Shown piece by piece: positions 59,258-64,000 of a DNA stretch of 64,000 nt (its first letter is position 1; every line of letters starts with the position of its first letter). The stretch covers positions 224,001 through 288,000 of IMG/VR virus record IMGVR_UViG_3300033498_000048. One strand, given 5' to 3'. The translations under genes were made by a program, and so were the position numbers. Origin of the DNA: a virus. Taxonomy: Duplodnaviria; Caudoviricetes. The notes under the pieces were generated by a model, which was not told where the DNA came from, searched no databases, and saw nothing but the letters and a program-made list of their open reading frames with translations.

Positions 59258-59495
59258 GTCCAAGTGCTAATTCATTGTCAATTACTATAATCAACAAGTT
59301 AGCACTTACAGCTTGGTCTTAATTATATAACTGTTCCAAGTGCTAAGTCATTGATAGTTAGTAATTGACATAAATAGTAACTTAACCAACTATCAATGAC
59401 TTAGCACTTGGTCATTGTTAGTAATTACCTAATGTGTCTAAGTGCTAACACATTGATTTAATTGAGTATAATATTAACAAGTTAGCACTTAGACG
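59258..59495. repeat. palindromic-element array 5 (2 units plus 2 half units)
   Basis: 30-nt cores at 59308-59337 and 59410-59439. Confidence 0.95.
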
Positions 59496-59544
59496 ATGTT
59501 AATGATTATGGTGTATTGAACAAATCTCGACATACGCAATAGAA

Positions 59545-60003
59545 TCATTGTTTGCGTTTTTTAATACCTAAATCATATTCATTCATAATTTGGAAAGTAA
59601 AGTTGTGTAATCTAGCCCATTCGATAGCTGCTTTCCACTTATCCTGATTTACTTGCCATGTAATACATTCATTAATAAAAGTTGTTTGTCGTTTACGTCC
59701 TTTAACTGGAGGTATAGTTTGGTCATGTGGTTTAATTTCAATAATAATGTCTTTTAATGAACCATCTTTCATTTTCACTTTAATAAAGAAGTCTGGAAAA
59801 TACCTTCTTAATTTCTTATCAGCTTGACTATAATATTGTATTGCTTGAATTTCACTACCCCATAATTCAACAGATGGATTCATATCACACCAACGCATAA
59901 ACTTAGTTTCCCATGAACTCCTAGATATAACATTGGTACTGTCTCCAACATATTTCTCTTTGTTTTTAACCACATATTTAATTGGTGTCGGAAATCTTTT
60001 CAT
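59545..60003 (-). CDS. gp4: head completion protein
   Basis: NKEKYVGD...VISRSSWE.KFM.WCD.NP.V..WGSE, RRYFPDF, IEIKP..QT, NQDKWKAA. Confidence 0.95.
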   Translation of the reverse strand: MKRFPTPIKYVVKNKEKYVGDSTNVISRSSWETKFMRWCDMNPSVELWGSEIQAIQYYSQADKKLRRYFPDFFIKVKMKDGSLKDIIIEIKPHDQTIPPVKGRKRQTTFINECITWQVNQDKWKAAIEWARLHNFTFQIMNEYDLGIKKRKQ

Positions 60004-60015
60004 TTGTATTACATT

Positions 60016-60023
60016 TATAAATA
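60016..60023 (+). promoter_or_regulatory. T4-type late promoter
   Basis: TATAAATA 25 nt before gp48. Confidence 0.7.
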
Positions 60024-60047
60024 TAATATTTATGTGAGATTAATACT

Positions 60048-60860
60048 ATGTCAATATTAGATGTATTTGATTCTGCTGTTAGTTCTGTAGCTAATACGGT
60101 TTTAAAATCAGTAACATCATTTGAAATTGGAAAATCATTTGGAATTCTTAAATATCCAGCCACAGTTGGGGAAGGTGTTTTTCCATCATGTATTCAATTT
60201 CAAGAATATAAACGGAGCAGTCCAATGGAAAGCTTACCTTGGACTACAATTTATATGTATATGCCTGAAAAGGTATCTAATCCATCACAAATTTCATGGG
60301 AAGGAAATGACACATTAGCAGCAAGTCAAATGAAAAAAATGAATGATGGGCAGTTTACCAGTGCTGCTGGGGCGTGGGCTTCAAGTTCTATTGCACAAAT
60401 ATTAAATGAAAAGGCTAGTATGTTGGGTACAGATTTGGACACTGTATTAGGTGCTGGTGGAAATATGATACAGAATCCATATTTAACTATGATGTTTAAG
60501 GGTGTAGACCAACGTGATTTTTCATTTGAATTTAAGTTGTTTCCACATTCTAGGTCTGAGTGTGATAATATTCACAATATCGTAACTGCATTTAGGGCTG
60601 CTGCATATCCAACTGGAAATTCAAATGATGCGTTATTAGGTTATCCTAGCGAATTTGAAATCCAATATCTATTTAACGGACAACAAAATAAATGGTTAAA
60701 TAAGTTCAAACGAAGTGTAATAACTAATGTGGATGTAGATTATACAGGTTCAGGTGGATGGACAGTTACACGAGATGGTTTTCCATCAGAAATATCACTG
60801 ACAATAGAATTTAAAGAAATGCAAGTATTAACATCATCTGATATACAAGCAGGATATTAA
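60048..60860 (+). CDS. gp48: baseplate tail-tube cap
   Basis: IYMYMP, NPY..MMFKG...RDFSFEFK..P.S..E, YPSEF.I.Y, VDYT, L.IEFKE. Confidence 0.85.
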   Translation: MSILDVFDSAVSSVANTVLKSVTSFEIGKSFGILKYPATVGEGVFPSCIQFQEYKRSSPMESLPWTTIYMYMPEKVSNPSQISWEGNDTLAASQMKKMNDGQFTSAAGAWASSSIAQILNEKASMLGTDLDTVLGAGGNMIQNPYLTMMFKGVDQRDFSFEFKLFPHSRSECDNIHNIVTAFRAAAYPTGNSNDALLGYPSEFEIQYLFNGQQNKWLNKFKRSVITNVDVDYTGSGGWTVTRDGFPSEISLTIEFKEMQVLTSSDIQAGY

Positions 60861-61424
60861 ATGGGAATGTTTAATAAGTTTGAAAGATACAAATACACAT
60901 TAGATGGAATAATAACAAATGTTACTAATATTGGAATGTCAATATTAATTGATACAGTTAGAAATGTAGACAATCGTTTTGCATTTCAAAAGTATGTAAT
61001 GTCTGAAAATGAGATTCCAGAAAGTATTAGTGAAAAAATGTATGGTGATGCTAAGTATTATTGGACTATATTGGTTGTAAATGATATTATCAATCCATTT
61101 CACGATTTACCATTAGACTCAGAAACATTGATTGATTACATTAAAGACAAATATGTTGATATATATGAAATCCACCATTATATTAATATGTCAGACAATT
61201 CATTGGTTGATGATTATAATACTGATATTATTAGAAATAGTAATGACCCGATACCAGATACCATTCGAGCAATTACTAATTATGAATATGAATATGAATT
61301 AAATGAAAGTAAAAGGAACATTAAAATTGTTAATCCAGTATTTATAAAGGACTTTACCTATTCATATATGAAAGCATTGGACACAAAAATAGAATCTACA
61401 ATTCAAGAGGAAGACATATTATGA
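60861..61424 (+). CDS. gp53: baseplate wedge subunit
   Basis: PE.IS..MYGD..YYW.ILVVNDIINPF.D.P, NY.YEYE.NE.KRNIK. Confidence 0.93.
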   Translation: MGMFNKFERYKYTLDGIITNVTNIGMSILIDTVRNVDNRFAFQKYVMSENEIPESISEKMYGDAKYYWTILVVNDIINPFHDLPLDSETLIDYIKDKYVDIYEIHHYINMSDNSLVDDYNTDIIRNSNDPIPDTIRAITNYEYEYELNESKRNIKIVNPVFIKDFTYSYMKALDTKIESTIQEEDIL

Positions 61425-62665
61425 TTAGTGACAAGGGTATATTACCAACAGACTTATCACAATTTCAAGTGACGATTAATGGAAAAGATGTATCACAAGC
61501 TATTAGTGGAGTTATAATCTATCAAGATGTTTTATCTCCTATATGGACTTGTGAATTGCAAGTTGCTGATACCAACAATTTAATTATGAATGTTCCAATA
61601 GCTCCAGGTTCAACTATTGAAATTGAAATAGAATCTAATCAGGGATTCTCATTAAATGGTAGTAAATCTTATGAGTTTGTGGTATTTGGAATTAATGATA
61701 AAAAGTTTATTAATTCAAAGTTCCAAACCTATATGGTTAGTGGTGTTAGTCCAGAAATAATAAAGAATCAATCTATTAGGGTAAAAAAATCATATCAAGC
61801 ACAAAGTCCAACCGACATTGCAACAAACATCATTAAGAACTCATTAGGAGCATCATTAGAAGTTGATTCAAGTGAAAATACAATAACCACAATTGTATCT
61901 AATTTAAGTCCATTTACTGCTGTTAATAAAATGTGTAAAGTTGCCTTGTGTAATGGAGCAGCCGATATGATATTATTCCAAATTGATACTGGAAAATTCG
62001 CCATGAAAAGTATCGAAAAAATGTATTCAGATACAGATTCTGGGGTTACTTTTATATTAAAACCTGCTGGAATAAAAGACAATTCTGGTAATTCCACCAC
62101 TGATTTGACATTAAGTATCGTTGATTATAATATGGAACATTTCAATGCTATGAGTAGTTTGGGTAGTGGAATGTTTGGTAATAAAACCGTTTCATTTGAT
62201 TTTATGTCTAAAGCATTTACTTCAAAAACGTTTAAATATGGTGATGATAATAAGCAGGACAATTCAAAAAAGTCTTGGGATAGTGAAACCTTTGAATCTC
62301 CAAATTCTAACATCACGTTTGTTCCTAAACACACCAATCTCCATACCGATGATACAGCTTTTACATCAATGGACAAATGGGTTGGGTCAAGGAAAAGTTC
62401 AATAATGAAGCTTGAGCAAGATAGGTTAATATTGCAAGTTCCAGGTGCTGTTAAGGCGTGGGAATTGATAGGTAAATCGTTTAATGTAGATATGCCATCA
62501 CAACAATCTATGTCCGATGGAGAAGACTTAGACCTATATTATAAGGGTGCTTACCTATGTATAGCAATAGCTCATTTTTATGGTAAACATGGAGCATGGG
62601 TAAATATTGCTGGTGTTAAAAAGAGATTAGAAAAGTCAATGAATAGTAGCTTTTCTATTAGTTAG
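61421..62665 (+). CDS. baseplate hub protein (gp27-like)
   Basis: IYQD..SP.W, S.RV.KSY, F...S.E.M, VPG......G, Y.G.YL...I.H; baseplate operon context. Confidence 0.55.
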   Translation: MISDKGILPTDLSQFQVTINGKDVSQAISGVIIYQDVLSPIWTCELQVADTNNLIMNVPIAPGSTIEIEIESNQGFSLNGSKSYEFVVFGINDKKFINSKFQTYMVSGVSPEIIKNQSIRVKKSYQAQSPTDIATNIIKNSLGASLEVDSSENTITTIVSNLSPFTAVNKMCKVALCNGAADMILFQIDTGKFAMKSIEKMYSDTDSGVTFILKPAGIKDNSGNSTTDLTLSIVDYNMEHFNAMSSLGSGMFGNKTVSFDFMSKAFTSKTFKYGDDNKQDNSKKSWDSETFESPNSNITFVPKHTNLHTDDTAFTSMDKWVGSRKSSIMKLEQDRLILQVPGAVKAWELIGKSFNVDMPSQQSMSDGEDLDLYYKGAYLCIAIAHFYGKHGAWVNIAGVKKRLEKSMNSSFSIS

Positions 62666-62687
62666 TAAATTTATTTCCAAGACAATT

Positions 62688-63395
62688 ATGCCAACCTTAG
62701 ATACATCTTTAAAATATGAACGTGATGCTGCTTTACAAATTCATGGAAAAACAGCTTCTATTACACAAAATGGTTTACCAGTTACCAATGTTACCAATTT
62801 TGTTAATCTATTATCAATGGGGTTAGCCAAATCTAATAAATATTTTGTTGAATTTAGATTACCGAAGGGTTTTAGTGAATCAGCATTTAGTCCAGGTGTC
62901 AATGCCGAAAGTGCTTCAACACACATTAGAGCAGTTGAAAACATATTAAATAACAATAACACTATTGGATTAATGTGTCACACTCTAAGTATGCCAGCTA
63001 GAGCCTTAGAATCATATTCACACAAACAATTAGTTTCACCATATAAAGTTCCAAAGGGAATTGAAGAATATGAACCAGTTACGTTTAGCCTATATTCAAG
63101 TAGTGACTTAAACACCAGACATTATTTTGACGTGTGGCAGTCAACAGTTGTTAATGTTGGAAGTAATACCTTAAATTATTATGATGAGTATGTTTCAGAT
63201 GTGAACATTTATCTAATTGATGATGAAGGTAAATACTCTCCATATTTTATCACACTGTTCGAGGCATGGCCCATGAATATCGGTGAACTCCCATTATCTT
63301 ATTCATCTAACAATACATTCCAAACAGTTACCGTTACATTAGCTTACAAACACTGGAAATCATCATTCGACACCACTAAAATGGGTACTTTCTAA
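62688..63395 (+). CDS. gp54: baseplate tail-tube initiator (gp54-like)
   Basis: GLAKSNKYFVEF..P, C..LSMPAR, YEPVTF, R.YFDVWQ, Y.DEYV.DV.IY, L.EAWP..IG.L.LS. Confidence 0.7.
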   Translation: MPTLDTSLKYERDAALQIHGKTASITQNGLPVTNVTNFVNLLSMGLAKSNKYFVEFRLPKGFSESAFSPGVNAESASTHIRAVENILNNNNTIGLMCHTLSMPARALESYSHKQLVSPYKVPKGIEEYEPVTFSLYSSSDLNTRHYFDVWQSTVVNVGSNTLNYYDEYVSDVNIYLIDDEGKYSPYFITLFEAWPMNIGELPLSYSSNNTFQTVTVTLAYKHWKSSFDTTKMGTF

Positions 63396-63401
63396 AATAT
63401 G

Positions 63402-63597
63402 TGTCCAAATGCTAACTCATTGATTCTAGTGAATATGTGTTTAAACAACCAAATGGTATGGGAATCAATAGGTTAGCATTTACAACCATTAGGTAATTAC
63501 TAACCCGTACCAAGTGCTAACGCTTTGATTTAATTGATAATAATATACACTAATAATATCAATTGGTTAGCACTTGGTACGGTTAGTTAATTAGTAC
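63402..63597. repeat. palindromic-element array 6 (1 unit plus 2 half units)
   Basis: Core at 63482-63511; the half unit from 63557 retains its TAATTA centre. Confidence 0.93.
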
Positions 63598-63605
63598 ACA
63601 CGTTA

Positions 63606-63854
63606 TTAATCGGTAATATCAGAACATTGTGATGCGAAACAAGGTTGAATATCTCCAACAGAATAATACTTTACTGTATTGTGTGTAATAATCTGAGTTT
63701 TAGTTTCTTCTGGACTTTTACCATACAACCTAACAAACATATCAAATGGATAAAACATTACCATATCAACTACATGAAAATTACCTGTAAATTGAGCCTT
63801 ACCAATAGCCGAATCATCTAATACCAAATACCTTTTGTTTTTTCTGAAATACAT
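63606..63854 (-). CDS. hypothetical protein
   Basis: 82-aa ORF with AGGA RBS. Confidence 0.55.
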   Translation of the reverse strand: MYFRKNKRYLVLDDSAIGKAQFTGNFHVVDMVMFYPFDMFVRLYGKSPEETKTQIITHNTVKYYSVGDIQPCFASQCSDITD

Positions 63855-63866
63855 GATTATTCCTGA

Positions 63867-64000
63867 TTAATTGAAAATGTTACCAATCACTTTAACTTTC
63901 TTTTTTGCTAAACTATATAGATTTTTTGGGTCATATGCAACAAAATCACTTTGTAAAAAGTAACCACATCTATCATTGTCCCAAACAATAGTTTTATTTA
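63867..64000 (-). CDS. YopX-like protein, 5'-partial
   Basis: Minus frame NKTIVWDNDRCGYF...VKVIGNIFN*; VIGNI is the YopX C-terminal signature. Confidence 0.55.
   Translation of the reverse strand, partial: NKTIVWDNDRCGYFLQSDFVAYDPKNLYSLAKKKVKVIGNIFN

Noticed and set aside
1-64000. tRNA genes, introns or inteins
   Set aside because: I saw no cloverleaf with T-loop GTTCRA and D-loop signatures. Primase, ligase, RNase H and MetRS are colinear and of normal length, with no intein motifs.

Overview
An AT-rich segment of a large T4-like contractile-tailed phage genome. It carries core T4-type genes: neck and tail completion gp13/14/15; baseplate gp25, gp6, gp7-like, gp8 and a DUF4815/VrlC-like protein; gp16 small terminase; gp26/gp51; a tape-measure/hub protein with three predicted peptidoglycan-hydrolase domains; primase gp61; RNase H; DNA ligase gp30; gp2; gp4; gp48/gp53/gp54. 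T4-type late promoters (TATAAATA) and near-consensus sigma70 promoters are present. Accessory genes include a methionyl-tRNA synthetase, a RelA/SpoT-type HD hydrolase, RNA ligase 1, a macrodomain, an HslV-like Ntn hydrolase next to a BCS1-type AAA ATPase, and an RMF-like microprotein. Three signals stand out. (1) A family of ~68-bp imperfect palindromes (arm AATCAAYRRSTTAGCACTT, then a 30-nt core centred on TAATTA, then the mirrored arm) occurs as 17 intact units at seven loci. In two copies with matching flanks the core is flipped, and three arrays sit on or just upstream of sigma70 promoters. (2) About 11 scattered ORFs share a T4 internal-protein-like N-terminal capsid-targeting motif and include ART-, kinase-, GNAT- and pyrophosphatase-like enzymes. 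(3) A 22-bp hairpin enclosing a late promoter sequesters the start codon of a methyltransferase-like gene. All family assignments come from motif recognition by eye; no database searches were run.
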